Part shown: positions 28,905 through 38,588 of the stretch, in pieces
Layout: every line of letters begins with the position of its first letter
Numbering within the stretch: position 1 is the stretch's first letter
Source: Eubacteriales bacterium
GTDB lineage: Bacteria; Bacillota; Clostridia; Oscillospirales; CAG-272
DNA: 64,000 nucleotides
Assembly (NCBI GenBank): GCA_045656745.1
Contig: JAZORT010000039.1
Span: forward strand, 2,067 to 66,066
Direction of reading: 5' to 3'
Notes under the pieces: model-generated
What the model saw: the letters and a program-made list of their open reading frames with translations, nothing else
What the model was told of the DNA's origin: nothing
The model's database searches: none
Made by a program: the position numbers and the translations under genes

Positions 28905-29213
28905 TCACCTCGTTTTCATCATATCTATTATCTCGACCACCGAGAGCATCGAGTCAATAGCCTTTGCCCGCTCGCCCGAAAGATAGGGCTTTAGCGCCCC
29001 GAGAAGCTCGGTCCTTTTTTGCTTTTTCGGCAGCTCGGAAGATGAACTTGATTCCTTTTGCGGAATAGGGAGAGGTGCTTTTTCCTCCTCCTTTATCTCC
29101 ACCTTTGCCGCCTCGGTGCTGTCGGTTTTTGCAAGTCTTGATATTTCGTCAACAAGACCCGGGTTTTCCATTATCAGCTGAATTATTCTGCCAATATCGG
29201 GAGTACTGCTCAT
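28905..29213 (-). CDS. Small hypothetical protein (LLxALKPYLSxER motif)
   Basis: GGAGG RBS; tight operon spacing; helical N- and C-termini with a charged linker. Confidence 0.7.
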   Translation of the reverse strand: MSSTPDIGRIIQLIMENPGLVDEISRLAKTDSTEAAKVEIKEEEKAPLPIPQKESSSSSELPKKQKRTELLGALKPYLSGERAKAIDSMLSVVEIIDMMKTR

Positions 29214-29216
29214 TTT

Positions 29217-29435
29217 TTAACCTCCCTTTTTATATTTGTTTATAAGGTACATAGCCTCGGGCATTGATATTTTTCCTGCCGTTGCTATCTGTCTCAGCTT
29301 TTCAAGCTCTTCGTGGCTCGGCTGCCTTTCGGGCAGCTTTAAGCCGTATCCCGCGCCTATTTTCTGCACCTCTGCCCACAGCTTTTCGTCAGGCAGAGCG
29401 GCAAGAGCCTCAAGCTCCCCGCGGTTAAATTTCAT
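29217..29435 (-). CDS. Small hypothetical protein
   Basis: ATG 29435 with purine-rich RBS (AAGGGGGAAG); 72 aa, helical. Confidence 0.65.
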   Translation of the reverse strand: MKFNRGELEALAALPDEKLWAEVQKIGAGYGLKLPERQPSHEELEKLRQIATAGKISMPEAMYLINKYKKGG

Positions 29436-29507
29436 AATTCTTCCCCCTTTTCGTTGTTTTTTATTAAGTATATGCAAAAGGGTAGAAAGTGTTAAAGGAG
29501 ATAAAAT

Positions 29508-30014
29508 ATGAAGTGCCTTTGCTTTTCGGATTCTCACGGTAATATAAGATATTTAAAATCGGCTCTTGAGCGCCATAGGGATGCCGAGGTTGTGTTTTTT
29601 CTTGGTGACGGACTTTCCGACCTTGAAAGAGTTATGCCCGTAATCGGTGATAAAGCCGTCCTCTCGGTTAAAGGCAACTGCGATATATTCGGCGCCCTTT
29701 CGGGAAAAGAGGTTGAAAAGACCTCTGCGATAACCCTTGAGGGGGTGAGAGTTGTGTTTACTCACGGTGACCTTTACGGAGCAAAATACGGCTTTGACGG
29801 CCTTTGTCGCCTTGGAGAGGAGCGGGGAGCAGACGTTGTCTTATACGGCCACACCCACAACGCTCTTGAAAAATATATCTCTCTTGAAGAGCGGGGGCTA
29901 TATCTTTTAAATCCCGGCACCATCGGCGGTGTGTATCAAAAGCCAACCTACGGCGTTCTTAACCTTGAAAATGGAAGAGCGAGCTTTGTTATAATGGGTT
30001 TTGAGGATTTATAA
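29508..30014 (+). CDS. YfcE/YsnB-family metallophosphoesterase
   Basis: SDSHGN, LGDG, KGNCD, THG, GHTH, LNPG motifs. Confidence 0.9.
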   Translation: MKCLCFSDSHGNIRYLKSALERHRDAEVVFFLGDGLSDLERVMPVIGDKAVLSVKGNCDIFGALSGKEVEKTSAITLEGVRVVFTHGDLYGAKYGFDGLCRLGEERGADVVLYGHTHNALEKYISLEERGLYLLNPGTIGGVYQKPTYGVLNLENGRASFVIMGFEDL

Positions 30015-30086
30015 GCCTGACTTATTGCAATTTCAAGAAAAATGTGTTAAAATAATAGTTGTTTAAAAAATAAAAGGAGATTTCTT

Positions 30087-32021
30087 GTGCCAAGAGAAAA
30101 AAGTAACGGCTCTGAGCCTTGGAAAAGAAAAATAAATGACGGAATCGAAAAGCCGAAAAAGCTTTCCGAGGTCCCCTCTTATATATGCAAGCGCGTCGGC
30201 GGATTTTTCTCCCGTCTGTTTTATATAGTTTCTCTCGTTTGGGAGGCGGCGCCCCTGCTTCTTATTGCAATGATTCTTTTCTGCGCATTGAACGGCGTTT
30301 TGCCGGTTGTCGGCGCGTATATTTCAAAGGACCTTCTTAATGTTATAGCCACCCTCCTTGGCTCAGGCTCAAAGGGTGATATAGCGGGAAATATCTTTAC
30401 GGTAATGCGTCCGCTGATATTCCTCTTCGTTATGTATTTTGTTCACCAGTTCCTCTCGAAGATAATTTCAAGACTGAACACTATGGTAACGGGTATGGCA
30501 GGCGAGCTTGTGGTAAATCACATAAAGCTGAAGATAGTCAATAAGGCAAAAGAGGTTGACCTCGGCTCCTTTGACCGTCCCGAGTTTTATGAAAAGCTCG
30601 AAAACGCCAACCGCGAGGCAACAATGCGCCCGATACATATCCTCTCGGCTACCTTTAATGTAATAAGCGCAATTATTAGCTCTATATCCTTCGTTGTCGT
30701 TCTCGCGACCCTGAGTCCCCTAGCGCCTATAATCATTCTTGTTGCCGCAATCCCTTCAGCTGTCGTTAATTTCGTTTACCGCCACCGCAACTTCCGATAT
30801 ATGCGTATGCATTCAAAGGAAAGACGAGAGATGAATTACTATTCCTCGCTTATGGTAAACAAGGATAATGTTAAGGAGATAAAAATTCTCGGTCTCGGCG
30901 ACAGATTTATTGATAAGTATAAGGATGCGTTTAAGCGCTACTACAAGGGAATTAAAAAGCTTATCGTGGGCGAGAGTGTTACCCACCTTTCAATCTCGTT
31001 TATCTCAACTCTCGTTAACTGCGCTCTCTTTATCTATGTGGCATACACAGTTATATTCGGTGACGGACAGATAGGCGACTATTCGCTCTATACCGGCGCC
31101 CTCACGTCTATCTCGGGCTATATTTCAACCGTCTTTACCTCTACCGCAACCATCTACGAGGGTACCCTCTTTATAAATAATATGATGGAATTTATGGCAG
31201 AGAAGCCTACCGTTGTTCCCAGCGGCGAGCAGGGAATTAAGGTAAGCCGCGGCCACCATACCATCGAGTTTAAAAATGTTTCATTCAGATACCCCGGCAG
31301 CGAAAGATTTATTCTTAAAAACATCAGCGTAAAATTCGACCCTACCGACTCTGTTGTCCTTGTGGGACTTAACGGAGCGGGTAAAACCACATTTATAAAG
31401 CTTTTGACAAGGCTTTATGACCCGACCGAGGGCGTTATTCTTCTTGACGGAAGAGACATTCGCGATTATGATGTTACCTCCCTTCATGACATTTTCGGAA
31501 TTATCTTCCAGGACTTCGGTAAATACGCCGTCTCCGCATCCGAGAATATCGAGTTTGGCGATGATGGCAGAGCCCACGAGAGGGAAGATGTTGTTACCGC
31601 CGCAAAACGCTCGGACGCTCACGATTTTATTACCAAGCTTCCTAACGGCTACGATACACCCTTGACCCGAATTTTCGAGGAAAATGGCATCGAGCTTTCG
31701 GGCGGTCAGTGGCAAAAGCTCTCTGTTGCCCGCGCCTTTTATAAGGACTCGGATATAATGATTCTCGATGAGCCAACAGCCTCTCTTGACGCTATTGCCG
31801 AAAAGGAGGTATTTGACCGCTTCTCCGAGCTTGCAAAGGACAAGCTTACTATCTTTGTTTCCCACCGTCTCTCCAGCGCAACCTCTGCTTCGAAAATCGT
31901 TGTTATAGGTGACGGAAGAATAGTAGAGCTTGGAACTCACGAGGAGCTGATGAATAAAAAAGGCGAATATTACAGACTCTTCTCAACCCAGGCAAGCAGA
32001 TATATGGGTACCGAAATTTGA
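30087..32021 (+). CDS. ABC exporter, fused permease/ATPase
   Basis: TM N-half; GLNGAGKTT, LSGGQWQK, ILDEPT, SHR; GTG start with AGGAG RBS. Confidence 0.92.
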   Translation: MPREKSNGSEPWKRKINDGIEKPKKLSEVPSYICKRVGGFFSRLFYIVSLVWEAAPLLLIAMILFCALNGVLPVVGAYISKDLLNVIATLLGSGSKGDIAGNIFTVMRPLIFLFVMYFVHQFLSKIISRLNTMVTGMAGELVVNHIKLKIVNKAKEVDLGSFDRPEFYEKLENANREATMRPIHILSATFNVISAIISSISFVVVLATLSPLAPIIILVAAIPSAVVNFVYRHRNFRYMRMHSKERREMNYYSSLMVNKDNVKEIKILGLGDRFIDKYKDAFKRYYKGIKKLIVGESVTHLSISFISTLVNCALFIYVAYTVIFGDGQIGDYSLYTGALTSISGYISTVFTSTATIYEGTLFINNMMEFMAEKPTVVPSGEQGIKVSRGHHTIEFKNVSFRYPGSERFILKNISVKFDPTDSVVLVGLNGAGKTTFIKLLTRLYDPTEGVILLDGRDIRDYDVTSLHDIFGIIFQDFGKYAVSASENIEFGDDGRAHEREDVVTAAKRSDAHDFITKLPNGYDTPLTRIFEENGIELSGGQWQKLSVARAFYKDSDIMILDEPTASLDAIAEKEVFDRFSELAKDKLTIFVSHRLSSATSASKIVVIGDGRIVELGTHEELMNKKGEYYRLFSTQASRYMGTEI

Positions 32022-32037
32022 TTTTTTGTAAACAAAA

Positions 32038-32080
32038 GCTCTCAAAACAAGGAAAAATCCGAGTTTTGAGAGCCTTTTTT
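32038..32080. terminator. Bidirectional terminator
   Basis: GCTCTCAAAAC / GTTTTGAGAGC followed by a T-run. Confidence 0.7.
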
Positions 32081-33897
32081 TATGCTGCGTTGTTTTTAGA
32101 TTGGTTGGTGTAGAAGTAAGAGCCGGTGATATAATAATAGATTTTGTTTGAAATATCCGAGGCCGCCCATTTTCTTAGCGGTGATGGAAGATTTGCCTTT
32201 TTGAGCTGCTCGTCAAAGCTCTCATTACCCTCGCGGTCCAAAAGTGCAAGATATGCATCAAAGCCCTCGCCAGCCGTCTCGCACTCTAAGAAGAAGATGT
32301 CAAGCGCGGTTATAGAGGAGATACAGTAGGACTGAACATAGAAGGGCATTTCCACAAGGTGGAGAATAAGAATATCGTCAAGCGAGTTTATATACTCGGT
32401 GTTAAGGTGCATATATCTTGCCGCCTCAACAACTGCGGCATCAATGCTCTCGCGGCTTATACTGCTCAGGGGGATATCGTAAACAAGCTCCTCAAACTTT
32501 GCGTGGAAGCCCTGGAAAATAAGGGTCTCCAAAATTGAGTTCATCTGCTCGTAGTAAAGATATTTGTAGTTATCGTCGCAAAGGGAGTCGGAAAGCTTGG
32601 TCATAACGAGCATCTCCATTGCGCTTGAGGAAACCTCCATAAGGTCGAGGGGCGCGCTTGAATTGTAATTTATATACCCGTCATAAAAATGCCCGAATTC
32701 GTGAGATATCATCATATAGTCGGAAACACCGCCGCCCGTTGTTACGAAAAGATAAGGTGAGTCAATCCCGTAAATATAGGTTGTAAATGCGCCGTTAAGG
32801 CGGTTTTGCTTGCTCGGGGAAATATCGTAAAGACCGCAGTTAAGCATATATGAATATGCCTCTGCAATCTCGGGATATTCTACCGAGACAGCCTTGTAAA
32901 TATCGTTTATAATCTTACCCTCGTGAGCGCGCGGCTCCTTGTTTTTGTTAAAATATCCAAGGAAAACTCGCGAAGAAAGCGCAGAATAAACGGGAACAAC
33001 ATTGCTTGAAATATCCGCAAGCAAGTGACTCATATCCTCTCCCGTGTAATCGTAGCGCTGAATTTCGTAGGCGTATTCGGAATAGCTGTCGTAGCCAAGC
33101 TCCCTTGCCAGTCTGTATCTTACCTCAAGGAGAGAAACGAAAATATCGCAGGAAATATCCTGAAGAGCGCTCTCGTAAAGGCGCATACACTCGTTGTATG
33201 CCGCTTCATACTCTGCCGAGCTCTCACCGTACTCTCCGCGAAGCCTCTCAAGAGTATCATCAAGAGTGGCGGTGATGTTGTCGTAGGTAATCTCAACATT
33301 TGCCGTTGAAAGCGAGGAATACTTTGTCTCCAGCGCAGCCTCCTGCTCAAGAAGCGAGACCGCAAGGTCGGTATAGGATGATGCATCGGCATATTTTTCA
33401 ACAAATCCTTCACCGAAAACATCTTTCTCAAGCTGCTCTGCAAATTCCGAGTTTGCCGCCGCAACCAAAAGGTCTCTTAAAGCGCTGCTCGTTTTTGCCG
33501 AGTCGTGTCGCAAAAGCTCGTATTCCGCTCCAAAGAAGGCGTCTGCCGCATTTTCCGAATTCTTCACCATTGCGTATGTCATCATAGTGCTGTAATCGGC
33601 AAAGCTCTTGTCGATTGCTATTATTTTCTCAACGATAATCTCATAGGGGGTGTTGCCCTCTTTTATAAGGGCCGAAAGTGCCTCAGCCTCTGCAATAATA
33701 GCAGCAGTGTCGGGTCTTTTGTATTCAATATTATCAAGCGAAGCAAGCTCGCGCTCGGTGTTTTCGTAAGGGGGAATAACCACCTGCTCGGTGATGTATT
33801 CCGAATGGTTTTCGCAGGGAGCCGCAGGCAGCGGGGCGCAGGACGAGCATAGACAAATGGCTATCGCAGCAACAAGCCAAATAAGCCTTTTTGACAT
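32080..33897 (-). CDS. M3-family (PepF-like) metallopeptidase, putative lipoprotein
   Basis: HEFGH zinc motif, downstream EVSS..ME, PFYVQSY; signal peptide ending CSSC. Confidence 0.75.
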   Translation of the reverse strand: MSKRLIWLVAAIAICLCSSCAPLPAAPCENHSEYITEQVVIPPYENTERELASLDNIEYKRPDTAAIIAEAEALSALIKEGNTPYEIIVEKIIAIDKSFADYSTMMTYAMVKNSENAADAFFGAEYELLRHDSAKTSSALRDLLVAAANSEFAEQLEKDVFGEGFVEKYADASSYTDLAVSLLEQEAALETKYSSLSTANVEITYDNITATLDDTLERLRGEYGESSAEYEAAYNECMRLYESALQDISCDIFVSLLEVRYRLARELGYDSYSEYAYEIQRYDYTGEDMSHLLADISSNVVPVYSALSSRVFLGYFNKNKEPRAHEGKIINDIYKAVSVEYPEIAEAYSYMLNCGLYDISPSKQNRLNGAFTTYIYGIDSPYLFVTTGGGVSDYMMISHEFGHFYDGYINYNSSAPLDLMEVSSSAMEMLVMTKLSDSLCDDNYKYLYYEQMNSILETLIFQGFHAKFEELVYDIPLSSISRESIDAAVVEAARYMHLNTEYINSLDDILILHLVEMPFYVQSYCISSITALDIFFLECETAGEGFDAYLALLDREGNESFDEQLKKANLPSPLRKWAASDISNKIYYYITGSYFYTNQSKNNAA

Positions 33898-34067
33898 AAA
33901 AACTCCTCCTTTTAAAAAATTCTATACTATATTTTACCCTAAATATTTTATTTCTTCAATAATAAAGAATAAACTAATTGCAAAGAATTTGTTAACGAAA
34001 AAAATGCGAAAATACCACCCGAGCAGGGGATAAATCCGCATTTTTCTTTGTATATTACTATTTTTTC

Positions 34068-35030
34068 TTATTTTCCGAGACCTGCCGCACCGATAATGCC
34101 CGCATCGTTGCCGAGAGTTGCAGTAACGATCTTAGCCTTTATCTTGCGGATTCTGGTGTACTGGTCGCGGTAGACTGCCTTGCGAAGAGGCTCAAGAAGG
34201 AATTCTCCCTCGCCCGAAATACCGCCGCCGATAGATACTACCGCCGGCTGGAAGATGTTTACCATATTGGTAATTCCCTCTGCAAGGTAGTAAACATACT
34301 CGTTAACAATCGCCATAGCCTGCTCGTCACCGGCCTTTGCCGCCTCAAAGGCTATTCTGCCGTTGACCTTGCCGTACTTTTCCTTAATCTCAAACATCTT
34401 TGACTCAACGCCGAGAATTTCAAGCTCGCGGAGCTTTTCTTTTGTAGAAAGAATGAGTCCCGTTGCCGAAGCATAGGTTTCAAGACAGCCGCGTCTGCCG
34501 CAGGTGCAAAGGCGTCCGCCCGCGCAGATAACGGTGTGGCCAAGCTCAGCGCCCGCCGCGTTAATACCGCCCTTAAAGATTTTGCCGTTGATGATAACAC
34601 CGCCTCCAACGCCGGTGCCGAGAGTTATCATTACCGAGCAGCAGGTGTCCTTTGCCGAGCCCGAAAGAGCCTCGGCAAGAGCTGCCGCATTTGCATCGTT
34701 TTCAACATAGATTTTCTCAATAGGTAAATATGCTCTGAATCTGTCCGCAATAGGGAAGTCCTCAAAAGCAATGTTGTTTGAATATTCAACAACTCCGCGG
34801 TCGGGGTCAATGCTGCCGGGCACCGCCATACCGAGGTATTCAATATCATCTACTGTAAGCGAGTTTCTGTCAAGAAGAGCCTTCGTTGTCTCTGCCATAG
34901 CTCTTGTAACCGCCTCATCACCCTCCGCTGCGGGGGTAGAGGTGGAGATTTTATCAATTATATTAAGCTTTTCGTCGCACAGACCAACCGCAATGTTGGT
35001 ACCGCCGAGATCTATTCCTATAGTATACAT
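34068..35030 (-). CDS. ROK-family sugar kinase (glucokinase-like)
   Basis: GIDLGGTN, ENDANAAALAE, TLGTGVGGG, ELGH, CTCGRRGCLETYAS; no HTH. Confidence 0.92.
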   Translation of the reverse strand: MYTIGIDLGGTNIAVGLCDEKLNIIDKISTSTPAAEGDEAVTRAMAETTKALLDRNSLTVDDIEYLGMAVPGSIDPDRGVVEYSNNIAFEDFPIADRFRAYLPIEKIYVENDANAAALAEALSGSAKDTCCSVMITLGTGVGGGVIINGKIFKGGINAAGAELGHTVICAGGRLCTCGRRGCLETYASATGLILSTKEKLRELEILGVESKMFEIKEKYGKVNGRIAFEAAKAGDEQAMAIVNEYVYYLAEGITNMVNIFQPAVVSIGGGISGEGEFLLEPLRKAVYRDQYTRIRKIKAKIVTATLGNDAGIIGAAGLGK

Positions 35031-35066
35031 ACATTTTTCCTTTCAAATGCTTTAATTCACATAAAG

Positions 35067-35095
35067 ATTATACAGTTTTTTGCCTACTCTGTCAA
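35067..35095 (-). promoter_or_regulatory. SigA promoter for the ROK kinase gene
   Basis: TTGACA (35095-35090), N17, TATAAT (35072-35067). Confidence 0.75.
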
Positions 35096-35197
35096 GTATG
35101 AACGCCCAAAAAGTCAAACTAAAAAAACAAAGAGCTGAAAGAATTGACAAAAAGCCCTCTGTTCACAAAAAATTAACAAAATCAAGATATAAAACTA

Positions 35198-35226
35198 TTG
35201 CAAAATACACGAAAATAGTATACAAT
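35198..35226 (+). promoter_or_regulatory. SigA-like promoter for iscS-iscU
   Basis: TTGCAA 35198-35203, N17, TACAAT 35221-35226. Confidence 0.5.
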
Positions 35227-35292
35227 ATATTCGGTCAATCGAAAGCTCGTTTTTTTAATGAATACAGAGCTTTTTTATGAGAGGTTTTTGAA

Positions 35293-36477
35293 GTGAAAAG
35301 ATTTGTTTATGCAGATAATGCGGCAACAACACCGGTAAGCCCCGAGGTGCTTTCGGCAATGATGCCCGCTTTTAACGATTGTTACGGCAACCCCTCCAGC
35401 CTTCACGAAAAGGGCAGGGAGGCGCTGGAGCTTCTTGATGATGCAAGAGAGCGTATTGCCAAGGTGTTTAACTGCCTTCCCTCGGAGATTTATTTCACCT
35501 CCGGCGGTACCGAGTCGGATAACTGGGCAATCAGAGGTGCCGCAATGCGCCTTAAAGCTAAGGGTAAAAATCATATCGTAACCAGTAAAATTGAGCATCA
35601 CGCAGTGCTTCACACCTGCAAGGCTCTTGAAAAAGAGGGCTTTGAGGTAAGCTATGCCGATGTTGACGAGTACGGCGTTGTGGATCTTGAAAAGCTTCGC
35701 AGCCTCGTTACCGAAAAAACCGCTATCGTAGCTATAATGTACGCGAATAATGAGGTGGGCACTATCGAGCCTATCGCCGAGATAACCGAAATTGCTCATT
35801 CTAAGGGTGCTATTATGTTTACCGACGCTGTTCAGGCAGTGGGTAATGTTGATATCGACTTGTCGAAGCTCCCCGTTGATATGCTTGCTCTTTCCGGGCA
35901 CAAGCTCCACGCACCCAAGGGTATCGGTATGCTCTTTGTCCGTAAGGGCGTTGTAATCAATAACCTTGTTGAGGGCGGCGGCCAGGAGAGAAGAAAAAGA
36001 GGCGGAACAGAGAATTTGCCCTATATTCTCGGTCTTGCAAAGGCTCTTGAGCTTGCAAAGGAACGGCTTTCCGAGCTTGACAGAGTAAGAGCAATGCGCG
36101 ACAGACTTATTGCGGGACTTTCCAAGATACCTTATTCAAAGCTTAACGGTCATCCAACCGAGCGCCTTGCGGGTAACGCAAATATCGGCTTTGAATTTAT
36201 TGAAGGTGAGAGCCTTCTTCTGTGGCTTGATATTGCAGGAATTTGCGCTTCAACCGGCTCTGCCTGCTCAACAGCATCCCTTGAGCCCTCTCATGTCCTT
36301 ATTGCAATGGGCGTGCCTCACGAAAAGGCGCACGGCTCTCTGAGACTTACTATATCAGGCGAAACAACCGATGAAGATATAGATTATATTATTGAAAATG
36401 TTACCGCGGTGGTTGAAAAGCTTCGTAATATGAGCCCCCTTTGGGAAGAAATCGTGAAGAGCGCGGCTACCGTTTAA
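35293..36477 (+). CDS. iscS: Cysteine desulfurase IscS/NifS
   Basis: YADNAATT, FTSGGTESDN, SGHKLHAPKG, STGSAC; GTG start. Confidence 0.95.
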   Translation: MKRFVYADNAATTPVSPEVLSAMMPAFNDCYGNPSSLHEKGREALELLDDARERIAKVFNCLPSEIYFTSGGTESDNWAIRGAAMRLKAKGKNHIVTSKIEHHAVLHTCKALEKEGFEVSYADVDEYGVVDLEKLRSLVTEKTAIVAIMYANNEVGTIEPIAEITEIAHSKGAIMFTDAVQAVGNVDIDLSKLPVDMLALSGHKLHAPKGIGMLFVRKGVVINNLVEGGGQERRKRGGTENLPYILGLAKALELAKERLSELDRVRAMRDRLIAGLSKIPYSKLNGHPTERLAGNANIGFEFIEGESLLLWLDIAGICASTGSACSTASLEPSHVLIAMGVPHEKAHGSLRLTISGETTDEDIDYIIENVTAVVEKLRNMSPLWEEIVKSAATV

Positions 36478-36510
36478 GGCTTTAGATTTTTAGAGAAAAG
36501 AGGAAGTAAA

Positions 36511-36927
36511 ATGAAATACAGCGAAAAGGTTATGGACCACTTCACTAATCCCAGAAATGTTGGTGAGATAGAGAATGCCGACGGCGTTGGCGTAGTAGGA
36601 AACGCAAAGTGCGGCGATATTATGAAAATGTACCTTAAAATTGACGATAACGGCGTTATCACCGATTGCAAGTTTAAGACTTTCGGCTGCGGCGCGGCTA
36701 TCGCAACCTCGTCTATGGCTACCGAGCTTGTAAAGGGCCATACTGTTGACGAGGCTCTTAAGCTTACTAACAGCGCGGTCGTAGAGGCGCTTGACGGACT
36801 TCCGCCCGTTAAGGTTCATTGCTCCGTTCTTGCCGAGGAGGCTATCAAGACCGCCGTTGCGGACTATTACACCAAGATAGGCAAGCCCGTTGATTTTGAG
36901 ATTGAAAAGGCACACGAGGAAGAATAA
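36511..36927 (+). CDS. iscU: Fe-S scaffold IscU/NifU
   Basis: DHFTNPRNVG, CGD, TFGCG, LPPVKVHCS. Confidence 0.95.
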   Translation: MKYSEKVMDHFTNPRNVGEIENADGVGVVGNAKCGDIMKMYLKIDDNGVITDCKFKTFGCGAAIATSSMATELVKGHTVDEALKLTNSAVVEALDGLPPVKVHCSVLAEEAIKTAVADYYTKIGKPVDFEIEKAHEEE

Positions 36928-37052
36928 TTTTTTCACAAAACAGCGGCTCCATTCATTGGAGCCGTTTGCTTATTATACCCACGAAAGCGAGAAATATGAC
37001 AACAAAAGTTGTCAAATAACCCGAAAAAACTCTGATTTTGGAGAAATGCTGA

Positions 37053-38069
37053 ATGAAAATTCTTGTAGGAATTAGCGGAGGAGTTGATAGCGCCTTCGTT
37101 GCCTCTTCGCTGAAAAAGCAGGGGCACGAGGTGGAGGGCTGCGTGCTGATAATGCACCCCCATTGCGAGATCGAAGAGGCGCGCAGAGTAGCCTCGGAAA
37201 TAGATATTCCTCTTCACGAGATCGATGTTTCATCAACCTTTGACAGTATTGTTAAAGAGAATTTTATAAATGAATATCTTTCCGGCAGAACGCCTAACCC
37301 CTGCATTATTTGTAATGAAAGGGTAAAGTTCAGAGCACTTTGCGATTATGCCGGAGAAAGAGGCTTTGACCGTATTGCAACGGGTCACTACGCCGATATA
37401 GCTTTTGAAAACGGAAGATATGCGGTAAAAATGGCAGCCGACCGCAAAAAGGACCAAAGCTATATGCTTTACAGACTTGCGCAGGATGTTCTCTCAATGC
37501 TTGTGCTCCCCTTGGCAAACTCCACAAAGAGCAACGTGCGCTCCTCTGCGGGTGAGGAAAGCATCTCTGTTGCCGAGAAAAAGGATAGCCAGGAGATATG
37601 CTTTTTACCCGACGGAAATTACGCAGAGTATATAGAAAGCGTAAGAGGCACTTGTCCCGAGGGCAATTTTGTTGACCCTGAGGGTAAAATTCTCGGTAAG
37701 CATAAGGGTATAATCCGCTATACGGTAGGGCAGAGAAAGGGACTTGGTATAGCTCTCGGCGCGCGGGCATTTGTTACCGATATCTCCCCTATAACCAATG
37801 ATATAACCCTCTCCTGTGAGGTGAAGGGAAGAGAAAAAGTCGATATTTCGGGCGTTGTTTATTCGGGTATTTCCGAGCCAAATGAGGTGGTTTCTCTTAA
37901 TGTTTTGGTTAAACTTAGATACACCGCAAGGCTCACTCCCGCCCTCGCACACCTTAATACTGACGGCTCCGCAACCCTTGTTTTTGACTCTCCCGTAACC
38001 GCAGCACCCGGTCAGTCAGCCGTTGCCTATCGTGACGGAACAGTCCTTTTCGGCGGGTTTATTCACTAA
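37053..38069 (+). CDS. mnmA: tRNA 2-thiouridylase
   Basis: SGGVDS, TPNPCIICN, ATGHY, KDQSY, SQEICF, YTVGQRKGLG, PGQ. Confidence 0.95.
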   Translation: MKILVGISGGVDSAFVASSLKKQGHEVEGCVLIMHPHCEIEEARRVASEIDIPLHEIDVSSTFDSIVKENFINEYLSGRTPNPCIICNERVKFRALCDYAGERGFDRIATGHYADIAFENGRYAVKMAADRKKDQSYMLYRLAQDVLSMLVLPLANSTKSNVRSSAGEESISVAEKKDSQEICFLPDGNYAEYIESVRGTCPEGNFVDPEGKILGKHKGIIRYTVGQRKGLGIALGARAFVTDISPITNDITLSCEVKGREKVDISGVVYSGISEPNEVVSLNVLVKLRYTARLTPALAHLNTDGSATLVFDSPVTAAPGQSAVAYRDGTVLFGGFIH

Positions 38070-38088
38070 TAAATATTAATATTAATGT

Positions 38089-38129
38089 AGCGTATTTTCG
38101 AAAGTTAGCGGTCGAAAATACGCTTTTTT
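38089..38129 (+). terminator. Intrinsic terminator after mnmA
   Basis: AGCGTATTTTCGA / TCGAAAATACGCT followed by a T-run. Confidence 0.75.
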
Positions 38130-38491
38130 CTCTTCTTTGCGCCTAAAAATGGAACTTTTTAACGTCTTGTTTTCAAAAAACGCATGGATTTTTAAAATTT
38201 GCTTAAAATTCAATGTGTAGAAAAAACGAGTCCAAAATTGTGCATGTTGTACAAACCGTCTAATAGGGTTAAAATAGGGTTAAAGAGTAAACTGTATTTA
38301 CTTTTTTATGCTAAATCACCCAAATACCCCCTCAAATTCCCGAGATATTGGTAAAAAACATTTACCATTACCGCAAAAACGCCTGTTGGAAAATATTTCG
38401 TTGTAAACAACTGTTTACATTCGACAAAACTCAAGCTTTTATAACCCTCCCCCTGCTGCCTCTGACCCCGGCGCAGCCATACAAATTGTTC

Positions 38492-38520
38492 TTGACTTAT
38501 AGAACGCGTTGTGTTATAAT
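38492..38520 (+). promoter_or_regulatory. SigA promoter of the giant ABC cassette
   Basis: TTGACT 38492-38497, N17 with TG, TATAAT 38515-38520. Confidence 0.75.
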
Positions 38521-38588
38521 ACTTCTATATTAAAAGGGAAATTTGCGCTCTTTTGGTATATCAAAGTAATTTTGGAGGAAATCAGCAA

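Noticed and set aside
35162..35178. TTCACA-N5-TTAACA (PhoP/OmpR-like direct repeat) upstream of iscS
   Set aside because: A single short AT-rich match that is likely to arise by chance; no supporting context.
38070..38588. CRISPR array, riboswitch or small ORF (38348-38533) in the long intergenic region
   Set aside because: No regularly spaced repeats, no recognisable aptamer, and the ORF lacks an RBS and overlaps the promoter.
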